A stretch of DNA of 63,281 nucleotides, filler included, from Callorhinchus milii (Eukaryota), in NCBI RefSeq assembly GCF_018977255.1. It is 2 parts of 2 records of this genome, joined end to end, with 100 filler letters (N's around TTAATTAATTAA, not from the genome) between each part and the next. Parts side by side here need not be neighbours in the genome. Positions count along the whole stretch, not along the records: positions 1 to 31,598 come from NW_024705613.1; 1 more part is not named here. One strand, written 5' to 3'. Below the pieces are notes generated by a model. The model searched no databases. It saw only the letters and a list, made by a program, of their open reading frames with translations, and was not told the DNA's origin. Of this stretch, positions 1-15,100 are shown one piece after another (position 1 is the stretch's first letter; each line of letters begins with the position of its first letter). Made by a program: the position numbers and the translations under genes.

Positions 1-124
1 ATCCGGGCCACATATGCGCGCCATATGCGGCCCCCATCCGGGCCCAGCCGACCTCCGTGCCAGCCACATCCGGCCCCCATGCCAGATCCGTCCCAGATCC
101 GTCCCGGATCACAGCCCCATCCAG
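1..124 (+). repeat. Degenerate 11-mer satellite units at the contig start
   Basis: Scrambled variants of ATCCGGGCCAC (for example atccggccccc, gatccgtccca) lead into the clean array. Likely poor consensus at a contig end or a decayed array edge. Confidence 0.7.
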
Positions 125-3100
125 ATCCGGGCCACATCCGGGCCACATCCGGGCCACATCCGGGCCACATCCGGGCCACATCCGGGCCACATCCGGGCCA
201 CATCCGGGCCACATCCGGGCCACATCCGGGCCACATCCGGGCCACATCCGGGCCACATCCGGGCCACATCCGGGCCACATCCGGGCCACATCCGGGCCAC
301 ATCCGGGCCACATCCGGGCCACATCCGGGCCACATCCGGGCCACATCCGGGCCACATCCGGGCCACATCCGGGCCACATCCGGGCCACATCCGGGCCACA
401 TCCGGGCCACATCCGGGCCACATCCGGGCCACATCCGGGCCACATCCGGGCCACATCCGGGCCACATCCGGGCCACATCCGGGCCACATCCGGGCCACAT
501 CCGGGCCACATCCGGGCCACATCCGGGCCACATCCGGGCCACATCCGGGCCACATCCGGGCCACATCCGGGCCACATCCGGGCCACATCCGGGCCACATC
601 CGGGCCACATCCGGGCCACATCCGGGCCACATCCGGGCCACATCCGGGCCACATCCGGGCCACATCCGGGCCACATCCGGGCCACATCCGGGCCACATCC
701 GGGCCACATCCGGGCCACATCCGGGCCACATCCGGGCCACATCCGGGCCACATCCGGGCCACATCCGGGCCACATCCGGGCCACATCCGGGCCACATCCG
801 GGCCACATCCGGGCCACATCCGGGCCACATCCGGGCCACATCCGGGCCACATCCGGGCCACATCCGGGCCACATCCGGGCCACATCCGGGCCACATCCGG
901 GCCACATCCGGGCCACATCCGGGCCACATCCGGGCCACATCCGGGCCACATCCGGGCCACATCCGGGCCACATCCGGGCCACATCCGGGCCACATCCGGG
1001 CCACATCCGGGCCACATCCGGGCCACATCCGGGCCACATCCGGGCCACATCCGGGCCACATCCGGGCCACATCCGGGCCACATCCGGGCCACATCCGGGC
1101 CACATCCGGGCCACATCCGGGCCACATCCGGGCCACATCCGGGCCACATCCGGGCCACATCCGGGCCACATCCGGGCCACATCCGGGCCACATCCGGGCC
1201 ACATCCGGGCCACATCCGGGCCACATCCGGGCCACATCCGGGCCACATCCGGGCCACATCCGGGCCACATCCGGGCCACATCCGGGCCACATCCGGGCCA
1301 CATCCGGGCCACATCCGGGCCACATCCGGGCCACATCCGGGCCACATCCGGGCCACATCCGGGCCACATCCGGGCCACATCCGGGCCACATCCGGGCCAC
1401 ATCCGGGCCACATCCGGGCCACATCCGGGCCACATCCGGGCCACATCCGGGCCACATCCGGGCCACATCCGGGCCACATCCGGGCCACATCCGGGCCACA
1501 TCCGGGCCACATCCGGGCCACATCCGGGCCACATCCGGGCCACATCCGGGCCACATCCGGGCCACATCCGGGCCACATCCGGGCCACATCCGGGCCACAT
1601 CCGGGCCACATCCGGGCCACATCCGGGCCACATCCGGGCCACATCCGGGCCACATCCGGGCCACATCCGGGCCACATCCGGGCCACATCCGGGCCACATC
1701 CGGGCCACATCCGGGCCACATCCGGGCCACATCCGGGCCACATCCGGGCCACATCCGGGCCACATCCGGGCCACATCCGGGCCACATCCGGGCCACATCC
1801 GGGCCACATCCGGGCCACATCCGGGCCACATCCGGGCCACATCCGGGCCACATCCGGGCCACATCCGGGCCACATCCGGGCCACATCCGGGCCACATCCG
1901 GGCCACATCCGGGCCACATCCGGGCCACATCCGGGCCACATCCGGGCCACATCCGGGCCACATCCGGGCCACATCCGGGCCACATCCGGGCCACATCCGG
2001 GCCACATCCGGGCCACATCCGGGCCACATCCGGGCCACATCCGGGCCACATCCGGGCCACATCCGGGCCACATCCGGGCCACATCCGGGCCACATCCGGG
2101 CCACATCCGGGCCACATCCGGGCCACATCCGGGCCACATCCGGGCCACATCCGGGCCACATCCGGGCCACATCCGGGCCACATCCGGGCCACATCCGGGC
2201 CACATCCGGGCCACATCCGGGCCACATCCGGGCCACATCCGGGCCACATCCGGGCCACATCCGGGCCACATCCGGGCCACATCCGGGCCACATCCGGGCC
2301 ACATCCGGGCCACATCCGGGCCACATCCGGGCCACATCCGGGCCACATCCGGGCCACATCCGGGCCACATCCGGGCCACATCCGGGCCACATCCGGGCCA
2401 CATCCGGGCCACATCCGGGCCACATCCGGGCCACATCCGGGCCACATCCGGGCCACATCCGGGCCACATCCGGGCCACATCCGGGCCACATCCGGGCCAC
2501 ATCCGGGCCACATCCGGGCCACATCCGGGCCACATCCGGGCCACATCCGGGCCACATCCGGGCCACATCCGGGCCACATCCGGGCCACATCCGGGCCACA
2601 TCCGGGCCACATCCGGGCCACATCCGGGCCACATCCGGGCCACATCCGGGCCACATCCGGGCCACATCCGGGCCACATCCGGGCCACATCCGGGCCACAT
2701 CCGGGCCACATCCGGGCCACATCCGGGCCACATCCGGGCCACATCCGGGCCACATCCGGGCCACATCCGGGCCACATCCGGGCCACATCCGGGCCACATC
2801 CGGGCCACATCCGGGCCACATCCGGGCCACATCCGGGCCACATCCGGGCCACATCCGGGCCACATCCGGGCCACATCCGGGCCACATCCGGGCCACATCC
2901 GGGCCACATCCGGGCCACATCCGGGCCACATCCGGGCCACATCCGGGCCACATCCGGGCCACATCCGGGCCACATCCGGGCCACATCCGGGCCACATCCG
3001 GGCCACATCCGGGCCACATCCGGGCCACATCCGGGCCACATCCGGGCCACATCCGGGCCACATCCGGGCCACATCCGGGCCACATCCGGGCCACATCCGG

Positions 3101-6100
3101 GCCACATCCGGGCCACATCCGGGCCACATCCGGGCCACATCCGGGCCACATCCGGGCCACATCCGGGCCACATCCGGGCCACATCCGGGCCACATCCGGG
3201 CCACATCCGGGCCACATCCGGGCCACATCCGGGCCACATCCGGGCCACATCCGGGCCACATCCGGGCCACATCCGGGCCACATCCGGGCCACATCCGGGC
3301 CACATCCGGGCCACATCCGGGCCACATCCGGGCCACATCCGGGCCACATCCGGGCCACATCCGGGCCACATCCGGGCCACATCCGGGCCACATCCGGGCC
3401 ACATCCGGGCCACATCCGGGCCACATCCGGGCCACATCCGGGCCACATCCGGGCCACATCCGGGCCACATCCGGGCCACATCCGGGCCACATCCGGGCCA
3501 CATCCGGGCCACATCCGGGCCACATCCGGGCCACATCCGGGCCACATCCGGGCCACATCCGGGCCACATCCGGGCCACATCCGGGCCACATCCGGGCCAC
3601 ATCCGGGCCACATCCGGGCCACATCCGGCCACATCCGGGCCACATCCGGGCCACATCCGGGCCACATCCGGGCCACATCCGGGCCACATCCGGGCCACAT
3701 CCGGGCCACATCCGGGCCACATCCGGGCCACATCCGGGCCACATCCGGGCCACATCCGGGCCACATCCGGGCCACATCCGGGCCACATCCGGGCCACATC
3801 CGGGCCACATCCGGGCCACATCCGGGCCACATCCGGGCCACATCCGGGCCACATCCGGGCCACATCCGGGCCACATCCGGGCCACATCCGGGCCACATCC
3901 GGGCCACATCCGGGCCACATCCGGGCCACATCCGGGCCACATCCGGGCCACATCCGGGCCACATCCGGGCCACATCCGGGCCACATCCGGGCCACATCCG
4001 GGCCACATCCGGGCCACATCCGGGCCACATCCGGGCCACATCCGGGCCACATCCGGGCCACATCCGGGCCACATCCGGGCCACATCCGGGCCACATCCGG
4101 GCCACATCCGGGCCACATCCGGGCCACATCCGGGCCACATCCGGGCCACATCCGGGCCACATCCGGGCCACATCCGGGCCACATCCGGGCCACATCCGGG
4201 CCACATCCGGGCCACATCCGGGCCACATCCGGGCCACATCCGGGCCACATCCGGGCCACATCCGGGCCACATCCGGGCCACATCCGGGCCACATCCGGGC
4301 CACATCCGGGCCACATCCGGGCCACATCCGGGCCACATCCGGGCCACATCCGGGCCACATCCGGGCCACATCCGGGCCACATCCGGGCCACATCCGGGCC
4401 ACATCCGGGCCACATCCGGGCCACATCCGGGCCACATCCGGGCCACATCCGGGCCACATCCGGGCCACATCCGGGCCACATCCGGGCCACATCCGGGCCA
4501 CATCCGGGCCACATCCGGGCCACATCCGGGCCACATCCGGGCCACATCCGGGCCACATCCGGGCCACATCCGGGCCACATCCGGGCCACATCCGGGCCAC
4601 ATCCGGGCCACATCCGGGCCACATCCGGGCCACATCCGGGCCACATCCGGGCCACATCCGGGCCACATCCGGGCCACATCCGGGCCACATCCGGGCCACA
4701 TCCGGGCCACATCCGGGCCACATCCGGGCCACATCCGGGCCACATCCGGGCCACATCCGGGCCACATCCGGGCCACATCCGGGCCACATCCGGGCCACAT
4801 CCGGGCCACATCCGGGCCACATCCGGGCCACATCCGGGCCACATCCGGGCCACATCCGGGCCACATCCGGGCCACATCCGGGCCACATCCGGGCCACATC
4901 CGGGCCACATCCGGGCCACATCCGGGCCACATCCGGGCCACATCCGGGCCACATCCGGGCCACATCCGGGCCACATCCGGGCCACATCCGGGCCACATCC
5001 GGGCCACATCCGGGCCACATCCGGGCCACATCCGGGCCACATCCGGGCCACATCCGGGCCACATCCGGGCCACATCCGGGCCACATCCGGGCCACATCCG
5101 GGCCACATCCGGGCCACATCCGGGCCACATCCGGGCCACATCCGGGCCACATCCGGGCCACATCCGGGCCACATCCGGGCCACATCCGGGCCACATCCGG
5201 GCCACATCCGGGCCACATCCGGGCCACATCCGGGCCACATCCGGGCCACATCCGGGCCACATCCGGGCCACATCCGGGCCACATCCGGGCCACATCCGGG
5301 CCACATCCGGGCCACATCCGGGCCACATCCGGGCCACATCCGGGCCACATCCGGGCCACATCCGGGCCACATCCGGGCCACATCCGGGCCACATCCGGGC
5401 CACATCCGGGCCACATCCGGGCCACATCCGGGCCACATCCGGGCCACATCCGGGCCACATCCGGGCCACATCCGGGCCACATCCGGGCCACATCCGGGCC
5501 ACATCCGGGCCACATCCGGGCCACATCCGGGCCACATCCGGGCCACATCCGGGCCACATCCGGGCCACATCCGGGCCACATCCGGGCCACATCCGGGCCA
5601 CATCCGGGCCACATCCGGGCCACATCCGGGCCACATCCGGGCCACATCCGGGCCACATCCGGGCCACATCCGGGCCACATCCGGGCCACATCCGGGCCAC
5701 ATCCGGGCCACATCCGGGCCACATCCGGGCCACATCCGGGCCACATCCGGGCCACATCCGGGCCACATCCGGGCCACATCCGGGCCACATCCGGGCCACA
5801 TCCGGGCCACATCCGGGCCACATCCGGGCCACATCCGGGCCACATCCGGGCCACATCCGGGCCACATCCGGGCCACATCCGGGCCACATCCGGGCCACAT
5901 CCGGGCCACATCCGGGCCACATCCGGGCCACATCCGGGCCACATCCGGGCCACATCCGGGCCACATCCGGGCCACATCCGGGCCACATCCGGGCCACATC
6001 CGGGCCACATCCGGGCCACATCCGGGCCACATCCGGGCCACATCCGGGCCACATCCGGGCCACATCCGGGCCACATCCGGGCCACATCCGGGCCACATCC

Positions 6101-9100
6101 GGGCCACATCCGGGCCACATCCGGGCCACATCCGGGCCACATCCGGGCCACATCCGGGCCACATCCGGGCCACATCCGGGCCACATCCGGGCCACATCCG
6201 GGCCACATCCGGGCCACATCCGGGCCACATCCGGGCCACATCCGGGCCACATCCGGGCCACATCCGGGCCACATCCGGGCCACATCCGGGCCACATCCGG
6301 GCCACATCCGGGCCACATCCGGGCCACATCCGGGCCACATCCGGGCCACATCCGGGCCACATCCGGGCCACATCCGGGCCACATCCGGGCCACATCCGGG
6401 CCACATCCGGGCCACATCCGGGCCACATCCGGGCCACATCCGGGCCACATCCGGGCCACATCCGGGCCACATCCGGGCCACATCCGGGCCACATCCGGGC
6501 CACATCCGGGCCACATCCGGGCCACATCCGGGCCACATCCGGGCCACATCCGGGCCACATCCGGGCCACATCCGGGCCACATCCGGGCCACATCCGGGCC
6601 ACATCCGGGCCACATCCGGGCCACATCCGGGCCACATCCGGGCCACATCCGGGCCACATCCGGGCCACATCCGGGCCACATCCGGGCCACATCCGGGCCA
6701 CATCCGGGCCACATCCGGGCCACATCCGGGCCACATCCGGGCCACATCCGGGCCACATCCGGGCCACATCCGGGCCACATCCGGGCCACATCCGGGCCAC
6801 ATCCGGGCCACATCCGGGCCACATCCGGGCCACATCCGGGCCACATCCGGGCCACATCCGGGCCACATCCGGGCCACATCCGGGCCACATCCGGGCCACA
6901 TCCGGGCCACATCCGGGCCACATCCGGGCCACATCCGGGCCACATCCGGGCCACATCCGGGCCACATCCGGGCCACATCCGGGCCACATCCGGGCCACAT
7001 CCGGGCCACATCCGGGCCACATCCGGGCCACATCCGGGCCACATCCGGGCCACATCCGGGCCACATCCGGGCCACATCCGGGCCACATCCGGGCCACATC
7101 CGGGCCACATCCGGGCCACATCCGGGCCACATCCGGGCCACATCCGGGCCACATCCGGGCCACATCCGGGCCACATCCGGGCCACATCCGGGCCACATCC
7201 GGGCCACATCCGGGCCACATCCGGGCCACATCCGGGCCACATCCGGGCCACATCCGGGCCACATCCGGGCCACATCCGGGCCACATCCGGGCCACATCCG
7301 GGCCACATCCGGGCCACATCCGGGCCACATCCGGGCCACATCCGGGCCACATCCGGGCCACATCCGGGCCACATCCGGGCCACATCCGGGCCACATCCGG
7401 GCCACATCCGGGCCACATCCGGGCCACATCCGGGCCACATCCGGGCCACATCCGGGCCACATCCGGGCCACATCCGGGCCACATCCGGGCCACATCCGGG
7501 CCACATCCGGGCCACATCCGGGCCACATCCGGGCCACATCCGGGCCACATCCGGGCCACATCCGGGCCACATCCGGGCCACATCCGGGCCACATCCGGGC
7601 CACATCCGGGCCACATCCGGGCCACATCCGGGCCACATCCGGGCCACATCCGGGCCACATCCGGGCCACATCCGGGCCACATCCGGGCCACATCCGGGCC
7701 ACATCCGGGCCACATCCGGGCCACATCCGGGCCACATCCGGGCCACATCCGGGCCACATCCGGGCCACATCCGGGCCACATCCGGGCCACATCCGGGCCA
7801 CATCCGGGCCACATCCGGGCCACATCCGGGCCACATCCGGGCCACATCCGGGCCACATCCGGGCCACATCCGGGCCACATCCGGGCCACATCCGGGCCAC
7901 ATCCGGGCCACATCCGGGCCACATCCGGGCCACATCCGGGCCACATCCGGGCCACATCCGGGCCACATCCGGGCCACATCCGGGCCACATCCGGGCCACA
8001 TCCGGGCCACATCCGGGCCACATCCGGGCCACATCCGGGCCACATCCGGGCCACATCCGGGCCACATCCGGGCCACATCCGGGCCACATCCGGGCCACAT
8101 CCGGGCCACATCCGGGCCACATCCGGGCCACATCCGGGCCACATCCGGGCCACATCCGGGCCACATCCGGGCCACATCCGGGCCACATCCGGGCCACATC
8201 CGGGCCACATCCGGGCCACATCCGGGCCACATCCGGGCCACATCCGGGCCACATCCGGGCCACATCCGGGCCACATCCGGGCCACATCCGGGCCACATCC
8301 GGGCCACATCCGGGCCACATCCGGGCCACATCCGGGCCACATCCGGGCCACATCCGGGCCACATCCGGGCCACATCCGGGCCACATCCGGGCCACATCCG
8401 GGCCACATCCGGGCCACATCCGGGCCACATCCGGGCCACATCCGGGCCACATCCGGGCCACATCCGGGCCACATCCGGGCCACATCCGGGCCACATCCGG
8501 GCCACATCCGGGCCACATCCGGGCCACATCCGGGCCACATCCGGGCCACATCCGGGCCACATCCGGGCCACATCCGGGCCACATCCGGGCCACATCCGGG
8601 CCACATCCGGGCCACATCCGGGCCACATCCGGGCCACATCCGGGCCACATCCGGGCCACATCCGGGCCACATCCGGGCCACATCCGGGCCACATCCGGGC
8701 CACATCCGGGCCACATCCGGGCCACATCCGGGCCACATCCGGGCCACATCCGGGCCACATCCGGGCCACATCCGGGCCACATCCGGGCCACATCCGGGCC
8801 ACATCCGGGCCACATCCGGGCCACATCCGGGCCACATCCGGGCCACATCCGGGCCACATCCGGGCCACATCCGGGCCACATCCGGGCCACATCCGGGCCA
8901 CATCCGGGCCACATCCGGGCCACATCCGGGCCACATCCGGGCCACATCCGGGCCACATCCGGGCCACATCCGGGCCACATCCGGGCCACATCCGGGCCAC
9001 ATCCGGGCCACATCCGGGCCACATCCGGGCCACATCCGGGCCACATCCGGGCCACATCCGGGCCACATCCGGGCCACATCCGGGCCACATCCGGGCCACA

Positions 9101-12100
9101 TCCGGGCCACATCCGGGCCACATCCGGGCCACATCCGGGCCACATCCGGGCCACATCCGGGCCACATCCGGGCCACATCCGGGCCACATCCGGGCCACAT
9201 CCGGGCCACATCCGGGCCACATCCGGGCCACATCCGGGCCACATCCGGGCCACATCCGGGCCACATCCGGGCCACATCCGGGCCACATCCGGGCCACATC
9301 CGGGCCACATCCGGGCCACATCCGGGCCACATCCGGGCCACATCCGGGCCACATCCGGGCCACATCCGGGCCACATCCGGGCCACATCCGGGCCACATCC
9401 GGGCCACATCCGGGCCACATCCGGGCCACATCCGGGCCACATCCGGGCCACATCCGGGCCACATCCGGGCCACATCCGGGCCACATCCGGGCCACATCCG
9501 GGCCACATCCGGGCCACATCCGGGCCACATCCGGGCCACATCCGGGCCACATCCGGGCCACATCCGGGCCACATCCGGGCCACATCCGGGCCACATCCGG
9601 GCCACATCCGGGCCACATCCGGGCCACATCCGGGCCACATCCGGGCCACATCCGGGCCACATCCGGGCCACATCCGGGCCACATCCGGGCCACATCCGGG
9701 CCACATCCGGGCCACATCCGGGCCACATCCGGGCCACATCCGGGCCACATCCGGGCCACATCCGGGCCACATCCGGGCCACATCCGGGCCACATCCGGGC
9801 CACATCCGGGCCACATCCGGGCCACATCCGGGCCACATCCGGGCCACATCCGGGCCACATCCGGGCCACATCCGGGCCACATCCGGGCCACATCCGGGCC
9901 ACATCCGGGCCACATCCGGGCCACATCCGGGCCACATCCGGGCCACATCCGGGCCACATCCGGGCCACATCCGGGCCACATCCGGGCCACATCCGGGCCA
10001 CATCCGGGCCACATCCGGGCCACATCCGGGCCACATCCGGGCCACATCCGGGCCACATCCGGGCCACATCCGGGCCACATCCGGGCCACATCCGGGCCAC
10101 ATCCGGGCCACATCCGGGCCACATCCGGGCCACATCCGGGCCACATCCGGGCCACATCCGGGCCACATCCGGGCCACATCCGGGCCACATCCGGGCCACA
10201 TCCGGGCCACATCCGGGCCACATCCGGGCCACATCCGGGCCACATCCGGGCCACATCCGGGCCACATCCGGGCCACATCCGGGCCACATCCGGGCCACAT
10301 CCGGGCCACATCCGGGCCACATCCGGGCCACATCCGGGCCACATCCGGGCCACATCCGGGCCACATCCGGGCCACATCCGGGCCACATCCGGGCCACATC
10401 CGGGCCACATCCGGGCCACATCCGGGCCACATCCGGGCCACATCCGGGCCACATCCGGGCCACATCCGGGCCACATCCGGGCCACATCCGGGCCACATCC
10501 GGGCCACATCCGGGCCACATCCGGGCCACATCCGGGCCACATCCGGGCCACATCCGGGCCACATCCGGGCCACATCCGGGCCACATCCGGGCCACATCCG
10601 GGCCACATCCGGGCCACATCCGGGCCACATCCGGGCCACATCCGGGCCACATCCGGGCCACATCCGGGCCACATCCGGGCCACATCCGGGCCACATCCGG
10701 GCCACATCCGGGCCACATCCGGGCCACATCCGGGCCACATCCGGGCCACATCCGGGCCACATCCGGGCCACATCCGGGCCACATCCGGGCCACATCCGGG
10801 CCACATCCGGGCCACATCCGGGCCACATCCGGGCCACATCCGGGCCACATCCGGGCCACATCCGGGCCACATCCGGGCCACATCCGGGCCACATCCGGGC
10901 CACATCCGGGCCACATCCGGGCCACATCCGGGCCACATCCGGGCCACATCCGGGCCACATCCGGGCCACATCCGGGCCACATCCGGGCCACATCCGGGCC
11001 ACATCCGGGCCACATCCGGGCCACATCCGGGCCACATCCGGGCCACATCCGGGCCACATCCGGGCCACATCCGGGCCACATCCGGGCCACATCCGGGCCA
11101 CATCCGGGCCACATCCGGGCCACATCCGGGCCACATCCGGGCCACATCCGGGCCACATCCGGGCCACATCCGGGCCACATCCGGGCCACATCCGGGCCAC
11201 ATCCGGGCCACATCCGGGCCACATCCGGGCCACATCCGGGCCACATCCGGGCCACATCCGGGCCACATCCGGGCCACATCCGGGCCACATCCGGGCCACA
11301 TCCGGGCCACATCCGGGCCACATCCGGGCCACATCCGGGCCACATCCGGGCCACATCCGGGCCACATCCGGGCCACATCCGGGCCACATCCGGGCCACAT
11401 CCGGGCCACATCCGGGCCACATCCGGGCCACATCCGGGCCACATCCGGGCCACATCCGGGCCACATCCGGGCCACATCCGGGCCACATCCGGGCCACATC
11501 CGGGCCACATCCGGGCCACATCCGGGCCACATCCGGGCCACATCCGGGCCACATCCGGGCCACATCCGGGCCACATCCGGGCCACATCCGGGCCACATCC
11601 GGGCCACATCCGGGCCACATCCGGGCCACATCCGGGCCACATCCGGGCCACATCCGGGCCACATCCGGGCCACATCCGGGCCACATCCGGGCCACATCCG
11701 GGCCACATCCGGGCCACATCCGGGCCACATCCGGGCCACATCCGGGCCACATCCGGGCCACATCCGGGCCACATCCGGGCCACATCCGGGCCACATCCGG
11801 GCCACATCCGGGCCACATCCGGGCCACATCCGGGCCACATCCGGGCCACATCCGGGCCACATCCGGGCCACATCCGGGCCACATCCGGGCCACATCCGGG
11901 CCACATCCGGGCCACATCCGGGCCACATCCGGGCCACATCCGGGCCACATCCGGGCCACATCCGGGCCACATCCGGGCCACATCCGGGCCACATCCGGGC
12001 CACATCCGGGCCACATCCGGGCCACATCCGGGCCACATCCGGGCCACATCCGGGCCACATCCGGGCCACATCCGGGCCACATCCGGGCCACATCCGGGCC

Positions 12101-15100
12101 ACATCCGGGCCACATCCGGGCCACATCCGGGCCACATCCGGGCCACATCCGGGCCACATCCGGGCCACATCCGGGCCACATCCGGGCCACATCCGGGCCA
12201 CATCCGGGCCACATCCGGGCCACATCCGGGCCACATCCGGGCCACATCCGGGCCACATCCGGGCCACATCCGGGCCACATCCGGGCCACATCCGGGCCAC
12301 ATCCGGGCCACATCCGGGCCACATCCGGGCCACATCCGGGCCACATCCGGGCCACATCCGGGCCACATCCGGGCCACATCCGGGCCACATCCGGGCCACA
12401 TCCGGGCCACATCCGGGCCACATCCGGGCCACATCCGGGCCACATCCGGGCCACATCCGGGCCACATCCGGGCCACATCCGGGCCACATCCGGGCCACAT
12501 CCGGGCCACATCCGGGCCACATCCGGGCCACATCCGGGCCACATCCGGGCCACATCCGGGCCACATCCGGGCCACATCCGGGCCACATCCGGGCCACATC
12601 CGGGCCACATCCGGGCCACATCCGGGCCACATCCGGGCCACATCCGGGCCACATCCGGGCCACATCCGGGCCACATCCGGGCCACATCCGGGCCACATCC
12701 GGGCCACATCCGGGCCACATCCGGGCCACATCCGGGCCACATCCGGGCCACATCCGGGCCACATCCGGGCCACATCCGGGCCACATCCGGGCCACATCCG
12801 GGCCACATCCGGGCCACATCCGGGCCACATCCGGGCCACATCCGGGCCACATCCGGGCCACATCCGGGCCACATCCGGGCCACATCCGGGCCACATCCGG
12901 GCCACATCCGGGCCACATCCGGGCCACATCCGGGCCACATCCGGGCCACATCCGGGCCACATCCGGGCCACATCCGGGCCACATCCGGGCCACATCCGGG
13001 CCACATCCGGGCCACATCCGGGCCACATCCGGGCCACATCCGGGCCACATCCGGGCCACATCCGGGCCACATCCGGGCCACATCCGGGCCACATCCGGGC
13101 CACATCCGGGCCACATCCGGGCCACATCCGGGCCACATCCGGGCCACATCCGGGCCACATCCGGGCCACATCCGGGCCACATCCGGGCCACATCCGGGCC
13201 ACATCCGGGCCACATCCGGGCCACATCCGGGCCACATCCGGGCCACATCCGGGCCACATCCGGGCCACATCCGGGCCACATCCGGGCCACATCCGGGCCA
13301 CATCCGGGCCACATCCGGGCCACATCCGGGCCACATCCGGGCCACATCCGGGCCACATCCGGGCCACATCCGGGCCACATCCGGGCCACATCCGGGCCAC
13401 ATCCGGGCCACATCCGGGCCACATCCGGGCCACATCCGGGCCACATCCGGGCCACATCCGGGCCACATCCGGGCCACATCCGGGCCACATCCGGGCCACA
13501 TCCGGGCCACATCCGGGCCACATCCGGGCCACATCCGGGCCACATCCGGGCCACATCCGGGCCACATCCGGGCCACATCCGGGCCACATCCGGGCCACAT
13601 CCGGGCCACATCCGGGCCACATCCGGGCCACATCCGGGCCACATCCGGGCCACATCCGGGCCACATCCGGGCCACATCCGGGCCACATCCGGGCCACATC
13701 CGGGCCACATCCGGGCCACATCCGGGCCACATCCGGGCCACATCCGGGCCACATCCGGGCCACATCCGGGCCACATCCGGGCCACATCCGGGCCACATCC
13801 GGGCCACATCCGGGCCACATCCGGGCCACATCCGGGCCACATCCGGGCCACATCCGGGCCACATCCGGGCCACATCCGGGCCACATCCGGGCCACATCCG
13901 GGCCACATCCGGGCCACATCCGGGCCACATCCGGGCCACATCCGGGCCACATCCGGGCCACATCCGGGCCACATCCGGGCCACATCCGGGCCACATCCGG
14001 GCCACATCCGGGCCACATCCGGGCCACATCCGGGCCACATCCGGGCCACATCCGGGCCACATCCGGGCCACATCCGGGCCACATCCGGGCCACATCCGGG
14101 CCACATCCGGGCCACATCCGGGCCACATCCGGGCCACATCCGGGCCACATCCGGGCCACATCCGGGCCACATCCGGGCCACATCCGGGCCACATCCGGGC
14201 CACATCCGGGCCACATCCGGGCCACATCCGGGCCACATCCGGGCCACATCCGGGCCACATCCGGGCCACATCCGGGCCACATCCGGGCCACATCCGGGCC
14301 ACATCCGGGCCACATCCGGGCCACATCCGGGCCACATCCGGGCCACATCCGGGCCACATCCGGGCCACATCCGGGCCACATCCGGGCCACATCCGGGCCA
14401 CATCCGGGCCACATCCGGGCCACATCCGGGCCACATCCGGGCCACATCCGGGCCACATCCGGGCCACATCCGGGCCACATCCGGGCCACATCCGGGCCAC
14501 ATCCGGGCCACATCCGGGCCACATCCGGGCCACATCCGGGCCACATCCGGGCCACATCCGGGCCACATCCGGGCCACATCCGGGCCACATCCGGGCCACA
14601 TCCGGGCCACATCCGGGCCACATCCGGGCCACATCCGGGCCACATCCGGGCCACATCCGGGCCACATCCGGGCCACATCCGGGCCACATCCGGGCCACAT
14701 CCGGGCCACATCCGGGCCACATCCGGGCCACATCCGGGCCACATCCGGGCCACATCCGGGCCACATCCGGGCCACATCCGGGCCACATCCGGGCCACATC
14801 CGGGCCACATCCGGGCCACATCCGGGCCACATCCGGGCCACATCCGGGCCACATCCGGGCCACATCCGGGCCACATCCGGGCCACATCCGGGCCACATCC
14901 GGGCCACATCCGGGCCACATCCGGGCCACATCCGGGCCACATCCGGGCCACATCCGGGCCACATCCGGGCCACATCCGGGCCACATCCGGGCCACATCCG
15001 GGCCACATCCGGGCCACATCCGGGCCACATCCGGGCCACATCCGGGCCACATCCGGGCCACATCCGGGCCACATCCGGGCCACATCCGGGCCACATCCGG